From Choristocarpus tenellus KU-1152 (Eukaryota > Protista > Phaeophyceae): DNA of 64,000 bases. Both the position numbers and the translations under genes were made by a program. Below, one piece after another: positions 37,594-50,500 of this stretch (position 1 is the stretch's first letter; every line of letters begins with the position of its first letter). The DNA is taken from positions 1 to 64,000 of the forward strand of contig CAXNAD020000002.1 in NCBI GenBank assembly GCA_964200185.2, read 5' to 3'. The notes beneath the pieces were generated by a model. It worked only from the letters and a program-made list of their open reading frames with translations, searched no databases and was not told where the DNA came from.

Positions 37594-40553
37594 ATGGCGC
37601 CTACTCTCCGTCTCAAATTTTGTGACTCAAGAACAGGTGGTAACCAAGAATCATCATTGGGTAATGTGGTGGTGAAGGATACCCAAATGCAAGTGAGATA
37701 TCATGTATACTTGATGGCCATGTGATTCTCACTACTTGCTCCTCTCTTTAGCAATTAATATGACAAAGACTCAAAAAGGGATCAAGTTGCACAAGCGTTT
37801 TCATTGCAATGCAAGGTTAGAGTGCTGTGACGTAGCCAGTTTTACATCTACCATGAAAAATTCGCAAAGGCTCATTGCGAACAACTTAACTCTTTTCCAG
37901 ATGCCTGAGATTCTTTTTGGCAACAGCACCCTCCAGTTGCATGACGAGGAATCCAGTTTAGTGCTTCATTTTGATGCCCGTGGGGCACTTACACGATGGG
38001 TGGAGTTATTCCTCACAGGAAAGTATGAGGCAAGTAAAAGGAGACTGTCCCTTCCCTTTACAAGTCGCCTGTCGAGGCACAACTTGGGTACTGTACTGTG
38101 TGCTGAAGCTGTCAGTGCAGTTTATTTTTTAGTGTATATTGATGTCAAAATTTCATTCCCCAGGTGATCAAGGTGCTAGAGGCAAAAGATTGGAGGGTCA
38201 GACACGGAGGTGGAGACAACATCAAGCTCCAGGAGTACGACTGGACATGGGCAACAGATTATGCAGGCTCTGTTGGTGTAATGAGTGGGAACACGCTGGA
38301 AGTGGTAAGCGCATTGTGTCTGATTTTTTTTTAAAGTAATGGGCTCATCGATCTCACGGTGTCAGTACCACATTCTATATTGCCCCACATCAGGGTATGA
38401 TTTCAGTGATAGGGCCCCATTTATACTCGAGTTCATCTTGGTGGACATAGCCCTGTCAGAGATGAGGACATAACCTATTTTTTGCAATTACCTAGGTATT
38501 ATCCCGAGAGGTATCACCATAAAGAGTAAAGGCTTCATTTAATATCAGATTTTGCCTATGAGGCCTATTTTTTTTGTGTGAAAATCTATGTACTTCAAAG
38601 GTGTTTATCAAATCCGAATCCCGCTTAAGATATTTACTTTAGGGCACAGGTCACTTGTGTTGTCTTAAAAAACCGACTGAACTGAACTAAACAGTTGCTC
38701 TTTTGTTATTGTGGATAAGTTCCCATGTAGCAGTATCCTCGTGTGCAACTACTACTTTTTGTGAAGCACCACACAACTCTAGTCAATTTCATTTTTAGGT
38801 TTCATGGAGAAAGCTCTTTAGGGGTGTTTATGAGGGCTTGTTGTGACCAGCAATGGGGATGACCATAGCGCAATAATGCAACCTCTTGGTGCCACTGAAC
38901 ACTACATGTCATCCATCCAACTCAACTTCACTGGTTTTTTCCCATCCAAACAACATTAACCTGCCCAGCATTCACCAACCTCACTAGGAGCATGATGATG
39001 ACTGTTACTATGAAAAAATGTAGCAGTGAGTAACAGCTTACTGTTTCTTATGAAATATCTACCTACACCTAATACTGTTAATGATAGCTTTAATTACGAT
39101 AGTACTATACAAGGAATACAAATCTCAAAAGTGTTTTCAAGATGTCTAGTCCTCAGGGTAGGTCTGACCAATGTCTCCAACTATGCCTCAAAAAATCCTG
39201 AACAGTTTGCTCAAAATTGCTGTTACAGTTTTTAATTACCCTGGTTCCTGCATTCTTGAGCATTTGAAAGACACATTTGGACCAATCCACCACTGAAAGT
39301 AGGAAACAAGGGGTATGTGACATGCAAGAGACACACTGTAACTAACAGTCCAGAGGTTGGCAAAATGGTTGATCAGATGGCCTACTTATGCAGAGGTATT
39401 AATAGTTGCTTACAGAGTGTTGAAATGCTTTATTTTAAAAATATGTGATAGTTTTGTGAAGAATGAACACTATATTCCTCTAGATATCTCTTATCTCCAA
39501 CACAGTTCTTTTATTCAAACTCAAATTCAAGTATACTGTCTACTGTCTACTGTGTGGAGGAGAGTTCTTGGACAGGTTGGTGATCATCAACTGCCTGACT
39601 TGTGCACACGAAGGACTTGCACACACCCTTCAGTACTCAACACAGTCAAACTCAGTACCCCATATATACCCCTAACAAACAGCTTCACCCACAGCCCTGT
39701 GGTTCACAAGTGGGAAGGGGAAAGGTTGATGCATCCAATAAAAGCTTGGTATTGATATTAAAATAGATCTAACCTACACAAAGAAAAAAAATAGTTCACG
39801 AAACTGCCGGGAAAACAGAACCTTCACATTCTAACTCTTGACTACTTCTACCAAAGACCACTTCTACAGTGATGTAGTCGTGTCAAGTTAGTTGGGGTTT
39901 AGTCAGTGGTAGAGTAGTGTGAGTGCAAAAGAAAGTGAAGATGGTATGAAAGATGCATCTTTTACTGCCATCAAAGTAACAAAGCTGCCATATCAACCCC
40001 CAACAATTAGTCGGCAAATATTTCCGATATTTGTCAAAATTGGCAGCCCATGCAATTTTGGTTATTTTTACACCCCTGCCACTTAGTATCATACCCTGAT
40101 CTGGTCAGTTACCTGCATATTTCAAAGGCGCAGAATGGAGAGGAATCCTGACACGATGAAAATTCCAAACACATGATACTACCTCTATCTTTTTGAGTAG
40201 TATTAATAGCTGAGGTCGTACTTGAATTTTGAAAGTTCTGTAATGTCGCTGCCCAAAGTAATACTTTTTTTTTTCCTTGACTAATTGTTTAGGTGTCTCC
40301 AGGAGGTCTCTTGCCTTCTCCAGAGACAAAGGGATCTGCTGTAGCCTGGGTTTCTTGCCCTCCAGGTGGTATAGATCGCGTGCTACTTGAGGACCAGAGC
40401 ATCCCCATACTATTCTATGATGAAGTGGTTCTTTATGAGGACTTCATTCATGACCACGGTGTTGTTCGCCTGTCAGTGAAGATTCGTGTGATGCCTCAAT
40501 GTTGGTATGTGCTCCTCCGATATTGGCTGCGTGTGGATGGTGTGGTGATGAAG
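37594..40553 (+). CDS. TIP41: TIP41/TIPRL-like PP2A regulator; final exon(s) not resolved
   Basis: Exons 37594-37660, 37752-38029 (GC donor), 38164-38304 and 40293-40553. Motifs: [89 protein letters not shown]. Confidence 0.9.
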
Positions 40554-41849
40554 GTTTGTTGGATGTTGGAATTACTAGTATTGCACTGCGCCATCTTCCC
40601 ACATAATACGTAAGTCATCTCATTTGCATCCCACATCTTAGTAAGAGGTGTGATATATGTCCAATTAAGCAACCTCTATATAGTGGTGTGCTTGCTGCTT
40701 TTGACTTGTGCAGGTGGAACATGCAGCTAATTGTTTGATCTTGTTTTGCAGTCACCTGTTTTGTTTGCCCATATGCCTTACCTCACGTGCTGTACCTCAC
40801 AGGTTGTCAACAACACTGATTGTGTTTCTTATGGAGTTGTGTTGCAGTGCTCCAAACTTGAGATGAACATCAATTCATCAAATGGTCTCTCCCTTCTGAG
40901 TGTTGGGCAATGATTATTCAACGCATCGGTTTTGCCTTGTCCCATGCTAGGTGGTTGATACAAGAATCTTCCACAAGTTTGGGCAGCCTCATGTGTATCG
41001 GGAACGCACAAAGAACTCAATCACCTTTGAAGAGCTCCGTGATCAAGGAATCTCTACAGCTGCAACATCTTTTGCAGAAGCCCACAACGCTATACCATTC
41101 CTTAGACCAACAGAAGGTAATTGACTTGTCAGCTTTCAGAGTTTACAATTTAGGACTTGTAGCCGGCAAAGGATTCTGATAGCAATTCCCATCCCAAGTC
41201 ATACCCTCCATGATTGCATGTTGATTTTGTTCATTTAGACCATGTCTATAAATGTTAAATTTGTGCAACCTACTGGGTGCCTATGTGCAGTGTATACATT
41301 TTTCCTACTATGCATTACTACTATACATGTCATTTAAATGAACATTTTGCCATCATGCCATACTTCCCAAGTCTTTGACTTACAACATCATCATGATGAG
41401 ACATTGATGATGGAAATGTATGTATGTGTGGACAACGTTGCTGTCCTCATGTGACCCTATCTCCCTACCCCCAATTTGTGGCAGATTGTCCCTGCCCTAT
41501 CCATGACATGGTGGTGTTATATTAGCTAGCTTCTAGGGTGGCTCCTGCATGAAGGCATCAATGCGCTCTTCCAGAACATATTCACCTGAATGGTTCATAT
41601 TTTCAAGTCCCCACAAAAGCTTATTTCTTTTGGCCTGGAAGCTAACTAGGCCACTGCTTTAATAGTAGTTTTCACGTAACTGAATGATGAAGCCATAAAA
41701 CCCACCAAACCCCACAGACAATTTGTGCTCTGTACGCCTTGAATTCCAGATTAACCCAAAAAAAAAAAAGAAACCATCTATGGCATCATCTCCTCCAATT
41801 GGATCCGTTTCCATGTTCCTGTGGGACCAGATATGTTTATTTTGTGAGA

Positions 41850-42880
41850 CCATGTAGCTTCGGAACAAAAAAATCATCAAGTTTAGAGTTGATGTAGCAA
41901 GCACAGATCAAAGTTTGTTGGATTGCGTAGGAGCATAAAACTTGTACAAGAATGATGCACACACCTTGCTTTGCAACACCAAGCTGCATCTGTACATTGG
42001 AGACCTTGCGTGTTGATGCTTGGCCAGTGCTTGGTGTCCCCCTTGCTACACCAGTTCCACGTATATCAGCTCTTGTTGCATTGTGGAATATCATGGCTGG
42101 GGAGGGGGACAGAGTTTTTGTATGAGTAGGATTCAATATCTCATCATTTGGGCTAAGTCACTGTTAAAGTATGCATACACTACTTTCATTCACCAAGAAA
42201 TAATGAAATTTTAATATTTTTTTTAGTTGATCAAAAATGGACTCCGGCAATGAGCGGACCAGAAGATGGTGTGGTACAGAAGACAAAGAACTGTGTCATC
42301 TGCTTAGAGTTTTGAACAAGCTGAAAAGACCCAATGAAATGGTGCCTGTCGTTCAAAGTAAATTGGTTGGTTGCTGCTGGCACCACTTCTTACCAATAGC
42401 ATGAAAAAAACTCGTAACACTCCAAGGAAGAGAAACATATCAATGCATTGAGCGTGTGGTGGTCAACCGGTGAAACATACTTGATGTTAACAGCTTTTTT
42501 CTGATAAGGCACCAACTTGATACCTCAATACTCATAAATGGTATGTTCATCTGGAACAAGTGTATTCTTGATGACCTGTGGGCAAGGCACATTGAAATGC
42601 CATATGATGCCCTGTAAAAGTCGTTTGTCTTCTTGACCGCCAAGTCCTGAGAGTGAAGATGCATGCCCAGTTGGATTAATTGGGTTGGGCCCAAAAACGA
42701 CAATCACCTGGATCCACACTGAAGATGGAGTTTTCATCAAAGAAGATGCGGAATGAAGTAACTTCTTGATTAAAGATTGGGTTGATGATTGCTGGACCTG
42801 AGAACTGCATCCCTTCTGAATTGGTGTCGTTGAAACCCTGCTTTGCTTGTTCAGTGGAAAGAGAATGGTGTGGTGTCAAT
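41850..42880 (-). mobile_element. Possible heavily decayed Ty3/gypsy pol relic (RT/RNase H)
   Basis: Broken frames contain RRQTTFTGHHMAFQCALPTG (like KTAF....G.F....LP.G), then CTDAA / GVCIILVQ / SYAIQQTL (like TDAS..G.GA.L.Q..IAYAS..L), in the correct order. Confidence 0.3.
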
Positions 42881-45108
42881 AATATGCCTCATTGATTATC
42901 CTTCCTACTCAAGTGCCATCCTTTGCTCTGTTGAATGCAATGTAATACTGTATGTTCCTCTCTCTAATCAGCTTTCAATACCCATATTTATTGTGCAGTT
43001 CATGACATCTATGTCATCTACTTGTTGGGAAACATATTGGCAAATCTTGGCAAGTTCGGGGGAGCAACATCAACTTTAGTACCTCAACTGAACAGGAATG
43101 TCTTCACACTCTGACTCTAGCAGTGATTGAATTAGTCATACATTATTGTAGAATGTTACTAGGGAGGTGTGCTCACAGCTCTTGATTGAATGACTATGTA
43201 ATAAGCACGCACCAAAATATACTGTAATATAGTCAATATTTGCTCAACTCTGATCCTAACCAAATATTAAAATTAATCGCATGTGAAGAGTCGCTCACAC
43301 AAGAGATACAAGCCATGCTGATAGCAAGACGAAATGTGTAACCATTACCAAATTAGAGAAACACAGCATAGTCAATACATGTTTCATGCACTCAAGAAGT
43401 GAGGACCCATATAGTTGCATGGAGTCACATGCTGTTCCTTGTGTACAAGCGTTGTGGTTGTAAGCAACCTGGTTGTCCAGCAAGAGTTGTCTACTTTAGC
43501 ACTTTTTATATGTGCTGTCTTCAGGGCAGTGCAAAGATTCTTACAATTGTATTAAATGAAAAGATGCATTGTGTATGGTAGTAGGTAGTGCATGTTGCAG
43601 GCAAAGTATATCCAGGGTGTATTCACTGACTCTATGTTCCATCCTACCTTGTACACTGTATATTTTGCCGGAGGGTTTGGCAGTAAGTATGTAAATGTGC
43701 TTTTGTTGTTGTTGGGAATGTTAATTTTTATGACATGTGCTTCTGCCTTCATACCCTTCAGTCTTGATATTACATAGAATTAAAGATCACTTCGTTGGAA
43801 TGAATTAATACTGTTCCAAATGTCAGTTCTAGATGTGGATGTACAAATTTTCAGTGTAGTACCAGTTGTAACTAAATTTTTCAGATTTAAGTCAAAATAC
43901 TAAGGAACCACTTGGGTATGCAAGTAGCTGCAACCAACGGTGTCCACGGATCAGGATTAAGCAACATACGTCTCTCCACCACCCCTAGGTTGACTGACTG
44001 CCCATAGGTGAAACACTCTTCGTATCATTTTCTGAAGTAGTGATTTGCCACCAGAAAAATCATATTTTTGAGTCCCTGCCTTACTGTGTTTGATTTACCA
44101 TAATCTGTGGCACAGGTGGAAAAAGTCGAACTAAATATGATGTATATGAAATACATGTACATGTGACACAACCAGCCCTGTCAGTCACACTGGTAGATTG
44201 AGTGCTCTCTTTACAAAGTCATTTGAGATGTTTGGACACATTGGAGGTGTAGATGCGGTTTGAGGCAACAAAAGCACAGAGAGCCATGCAAGAGGTTTAT
44301 ACACCTCTTCCACATGGTTAAGAAACACCCTACAAATAACTTGCTAAGAGAGCCCTGCCCCCCCAGGCCTATAGGAATGAAATTGTGCATCTGGTCCTTC
44401 CTTTTGGTCTTTGGGGTTCCTTGCTCTAGCAAGCGTGAGTACACCTCTGCATTCTACTGTGATCCAAGAAATTGCATTATCTTGTGAAGTTATGGTCTTG
44501 ATGAGATGAATTTGGTATAAATCTTGAGATGGGGGGTATAGTAACACAGGGTCCTTGGGCAAATCATTACCACCTCATACATGAGCCCCAAAAGGGTATC
44601 AGTCAACCTTTTATGAGCCATGGTTAACATCAATTCTGGGCTCATGCAGTGAGCAAGAACAGACTACATACTTACCTTTTCAAGGTCGGAGGGAACTCTA
44701 ACATTACACATTGCTGTTATAATAGAAATGTTGATGAAGTCTCTTTAGTACCATGACAGTGACTCTTTAGTGACATGACAGTGGGACACAAAAGTACACT
44801 TCAACTATGTGACGGATGCTTTAAGAATAATTTCTATTGAGGAAAAAATGCTGATTTTGTTGAATAGACCAAATGCCGTGTTCCAGATATCAAAAATCAA
44901 CAAATTGACGTTAGTGCCTCTCTGCTCTTCATCACATTTAAAATTGTCAAATGATAAATTTTGATTGCAAACCTTTTTCTTCTTGTACTTGAAGGTTGAG
45001 TGGTTCTCTCTAAAGTGAAATTACAGGGTTTTCTTTGTAGAAGACTCAAAATATAGAGCCAAACATGATTGTTCATTGTTAAAAAGAGAGGCAGGCTTGA
45101 AAGTACCA

Positions 45109-45580
45109 TTGTAAAGCATTGAGATAACAATATTGGACCATGGCAGATAGCGGTGCAACTATTCACCCTGGTGGAATAGGGGTGTTTCAATATTTGACAA
45201 AATCAGAGGCTGGGAACCTACCCGGCATAATGAATGTGCCACCACCCCACTAACCACATACTTGCCCTGAGCAGTTATCTCAATCCTTGCATTCCTAGTG
45301 AGCCTGTTCCCTAGAACCCCTTCATATTCAATATTTATCCTCCCAATGAAAGGAGTTGGGGAAGTAGTCCAACCAGGATTCAATCCCATAAATGTTTGAT
45401 TGATTTGCTAAGAATTGTAATATCACTACTCCTTTGCGGTAGATGGTTACCACACATTATCTTAGGCTTAGGGTTGGATCCCCAGCCTCTGATTTTGTAG
45501 ATAATTGAGATATCACTGTTCTAGTAGAAAGTCCCACGGCGATCTGTCCTTGCAAAGAGGAAATATCTCAATATCTTACA
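45109..45580. mobile_element. Foldback/MITE family B, copy 2
   Basis: Inverted arms CAATATTTGACAAAATCAGAGGCTGGG...CCCAGCCTCTGATTTTGTAGATAATTG, with outer ends ATTGAGATA...TATCTCAAT. Homologous to 10252-10800. Confidence 0.7.
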
Positions 45581-47543
45581 GGCAGTTTGAAGAAGATTAA
45601 TTTTATTCATACAAACCTAGATAGTTCTTTTTCCAGTTGCCTTTGCCAGTACTTGGTATTCCCTCATTGACCTAACCACCCTAATATGACCTTGTTTTAA
45701 GGAAATGACTAAATTTTGCTCCCAAATGTATTCCATGACACACTAATCAACCTAACTGTCCACTAACATATTTTCATATTTTTGGCATAAAATAACCAAC
45801 CAAATCAAGAACGAACTTTGCTGACATGGTACAGTATGCAGCTGGCAACCCTGCAAGTAGTGAATTTAAATCCCTCTTTTGGCAAAATATGTATGTGGTG
45901 TTCATCTCAAGTTAACAACAGACTAGGAGCTCAAGTGACATTTGATGGATGTACATTGTGTTTTATTTTACTTCAGCAATAACTTGTAAGGCCAGTCAGT
46001 ATTCTGTGGACAAGGGGGTGCTACACATAGTTTCACAATAATTGGGGTCTGGCTATATGGGGGTAGGTAGGAAAGATTTTCTACGGCAGCACTCTGTAGT
46101 TTCTCCAAGGCAACAGCACACAGTGTGGCCGGAACAAAAACATGACAATGGAATACAGAGAGTACGCATTTTGATAAGCACTACAATACATCACACATGC
46201 ACCACAAGAAAAAAGGGCAGGACTTATGATGGAGGGGTAGCAAGTCTCAGGTTTTCCTTGCTTGCTGCACAAGTTCCAGGCCAATTGAGTATTCCCCACA
46301 CTGACCAAGTTGCCGCGACAAATATTTGAGGGTTCTTATCAAGGGAAAAACATACTGTCTGCTTTGAAAATACACAATAAGCTTTAAAGCATGGTGATGT
46401 GTTGTGTGGAATATGAACACTGTAGCATAGTGTAGCTGTACTAAATTGTACCACTACGAGAAGGATACACTGAAATGTACTCTCCACACTGCAGATGTAG
46501 CAATGCAGGAAATTTAAATTTCTTAACCATTTGAACACCTTGGATCACAATACCACCATCCTACCTAAAATCCATACATAGTGTGATACCCAATAAAATT
46601 CACAACGGATTCTCGGGTGGATATTTGAGGTGAGGGTGTTGTACCTCACATACAGATTTAGACACTGCAGTGCAGTATTCCATGTTTGCTTAAGGGCAAC
46701 CTGCCATACAGTTTGGGGTAGGCCGAGGTGTCCAGCTGGCTGACAGGTTGAATCAAGGTCATAATAAGTACCTTATGTACAAGGTATAGTGCTGTCCACT
46801 ATACTATAATTGATCTGATGCAAATTAAAGAGTGGAGGTGCAAGCCTCACCGTGCACATTACTTTTTTCATATTTTGTCATCTCACATCATATCATGTCG
46901 TGTGATATCATGTCCGGGGCAACCAGTTGTATGTGCCCCTTTACTCGTAAGGTGGTATCAGCCCAAGGCATACACAAAATGCAATGAGGGATATAACCAA
47001 ATTTTTGCACGGATTTTATTTTTTAATTCTTGGGCATGTTGTGTTAGACTTTCTCAGTGCCTCCAGAGAGCATATGAAGTATTGTGATTGTAAAAGGTAG
47101 GTCCCATTGGAAGAAGCCTGATAACCTTGCTCCAAAATAAAAGGGCAGCTACAGGGGAAGGTAGAATCTCCAACACTATTCTTATGAAATCAACACAAGC
47201 ACTGTCTCCACAGCTACATAGTCCTACACACTTTAAGTCATGAGATTTATCTGATAACAACGTTGGTTGGCAATCAGTTTCAATTATAACCAGTGAGAGC
47301 TAGGGATTCATATTCATGATAACTTCTGGACAATTTATGGAGGAATAGGAGCTTGCAAAGTCAAGGGTAAACTTTGTTTTGGGTGTCCAGTACTAAAAGG
47401 TAACAGGGCAGATATCTTGGTAGTTTAAGGTAAAAAATATATGCAAAATTACTACTAAAACACATCAAATACTGACTAGTGTGTTAGACACAAACATTCC
47501 TACTCCCCAAAGTAGGTAGCATGTTGATGCTGCAGAACCTTAC

Positions 47544-50500
47544 CGTGAGAATAGGAATATCATCATCACTTTCCTCTTCCTCCTGTGAATTAGATAACTC
47601 CACCTCATTACCCAACTCCAGGTGAGCCTCCCTAATTGTCAGAACATGATATGCAGAGTGGCATCCAAAAGACAACATAATTTTGTTATGGAGGAGAGGT
47701 CACATATTTTCAGAGCAAATAAAAGGGATATTCCTAACCTGTTACTAGCTACTTCTCCTACTCTCCTCACCCAGATAATAGCACAATGACGGCCCCTACT
47801 CGGAACTCGCGTGTCTGGATTGTCTCCCCTGTCATATAGATTATATTTCGTTGTGTTATTTGAGATATCCAGACACGATCTGCCTTGTCACTATGATGAG
47901 TAAGCATTGTCTCCGCCACCCGAGTAGCAGCTGTTTTCCAGATCTGTGACATAATGAGTAACATGTGAGGTAGAAGTCCTTTATCCCATCATGTTTGGGT
48001 CACCAGCATATAGATGCAAGTGTTGTTGTAGCAGCATTTTGAATGTTTAGCAACCATTCTGCAAATGTTATGAGATAGGGCAATAGTGCATCATGTATCC
48101 ATAGTAGACGCCTAAGAAAAGATATCTGTGTTCCAATAGCATATATGAGATCCACCTGCGGCATGCTCTGGAGTGTAATTTGATCTTGCCAGCACGGACT
48201 CCTTCTAATGTGGGATCTTCTTACCAAGTTTCGATACATCTGTACTCCCACAAGATATCTAATCTCAAACAAAAGTTGGAAGGTTGTTTCCTATTTTTAT
48301 TCCTGCATAGGTTTCAAAGAGAGTAGTGCAATGACAGGTATGTTATGCTTGCACTACATGTAATTTGACAGCTGGGCACAGGCGCCCTGAAATATTATTA
48401 CTCGTGGCAATATTGAACAATTTACTACTCTTTATCTCACTGCGATCCAACCTTCTACTGGTGAAAAAAAGAATATCTAGCATACCAGGGAATCCCCTCT
48501 TTCTCTAGAGAGATCCAGGATTTGTCATCAGACAGTCAAATCGTATCTTCTCCCTCACAATTTAAACTAGCTACTGGATGAAACCGTCCAAGGACATCAG
48601 ACCCCAAGATACTTGCACCTAAATATTTGCTTGCCTTTTGATTCAGCTCTGGCCATTCTTCGACAATATTGTTGAGATCATCAGATGATATCTTGAATAG
48701 GACACAGGAGCTAGTGGTCTTGATACTGGCAAGAGGTGGCTGCTTAAGAGCCCATGAAACCTCCCCAAAGAATGAGCCAATTCCCAGCTCAGTAAGGGTG
48801 ATCTCTGAACCATTGTCGTCCTGCATCAGTGGAGAGTTATCAGTATCTCAAGCCTTCATCAAAGGGGTTTGTGTCTGGAAACACTTCCATTCACAAGAGC
48901 TATGCGCCTGAATAACCTTTTGGTGACTTGGGTGTATCGAGGATACAAAATGACTCTCTCTGCTTCCCATCTTCTTCTTCCTCTTGTGGATGACCATTCA
49001 TACAAAGTTATTTGCCTTTGGTGGTCAACATGGCAAGTTCTTATTGTTGAGTTAAGAGATAGTCACCCCCAAAGGAAAAAGGTCATATAAGAGAGACAGG
49101 GAGGGAGAGGAAGAGAAATATAGGCATCTGACTTTTGTGGATGTTGCCGAAGCCTGTCTTGCAGTGCAAGACTGGTTCTATTCCTGTTGCTGCTGAATAA
49201 AATGCTCTAAATGCTCAGACTTTCTCCGCAGACGAGGTACCAGGTTCGTACCAGGTTGTCCATTTAGTTTCATTTCACCTCACCTTGCGGATGACCTTAA
49301 CTGTCCCTCTTGCCAGTACATACACGCTCGTGTTGGCTTCATTCTGTTGTATCACATAGCAATTGCGTGGCATCAACATGTCTTCAAATAATCCAACGAC
49401 CCTCTCCATTTTATTATCATCTATGTTCTGCATCCATTCCACCTGCACATGGGTGGAGGGAAAAAACCTCACATGAAACATGTCTTGAATTGTCAAAAAA
49501 TATTTATCTGGGGCGCATAATTTTTAACCATCCACTTCTTTATGAAAGACGCTGATGCTTCCGTGAAAAAAGGGGTGAGTGAGGTTCTAGATTTTGACAT
49601 GTCTACAGAATCATGGATGGAAGTTGAGGCGCAGTGTGGTCAACCTGCTTGAGTAGTGTGATCTTGTCTGGCATGTCCAGGAGGGGAGGGTCAAAAATAA
49701 GGTGCTTCATTTGTGTTTCCACAGCTGCTAGCATCTTCTCAGCTTCTTGTTTGTCAAGCATACCCTCGTGGTAAAGGTAGCTGATGGTCTTGTGCTGCTT
49801 GTTGAGCACAGTCTAGGGCAACAAATATAAGCAAAGATTGCAAAGGTGCAGTTCAGCAAAGGATAACAAAGTGAGATGAATCGATTTGGCTTATCATGTA
49901 CTTTGCAGCACTATGTACTACTACTTTAACTACAATTAATGATAGTGACAAAAGTGTTGGATACATTGTGTTTAGTAGTAGTTATTCAAATAGTGGGGGA
50001 AAATACTGCATGCATGGACAAATAGACCAGTATACTACTATGCTATTGGGATTAGACAACTTTGGACTGAGAGTAAAATTTCGTTGACAAGTGTACATAG
50101 CCAGGTTAGTATCTTTGCTATTTTTGAATAATTTTGTACTGCGCTACTCCCAAGTACTTCTACCCTCGACAGGCACAAGACATCAACATTAATATTTGTG
50201 TTGATCCTTTTTGTGAGGTGCTTCAAAAGTTGCTAAGAGACAAAGGTGTTCTCCCTATGTCACAAGAGGCGTTCATCCTGCTTGATCACAATAATAATTA
50301 CAATCAAGATGCATCTACCTTTGGGTAGCATAAATCAGTCATTATGTTTACAAGGAGTGTTACTCAAACACTGAAGGGGCTTTCCCCTTAGCAATTTTCA
50401 AAACAAATTAAGACTTCTTTGATGCAACGTTTTATTTGTTTTGATTGACCCTCCTGCTCCCTCCACCAACCACAAACAAGCCATACCATAATCAAGTCAA

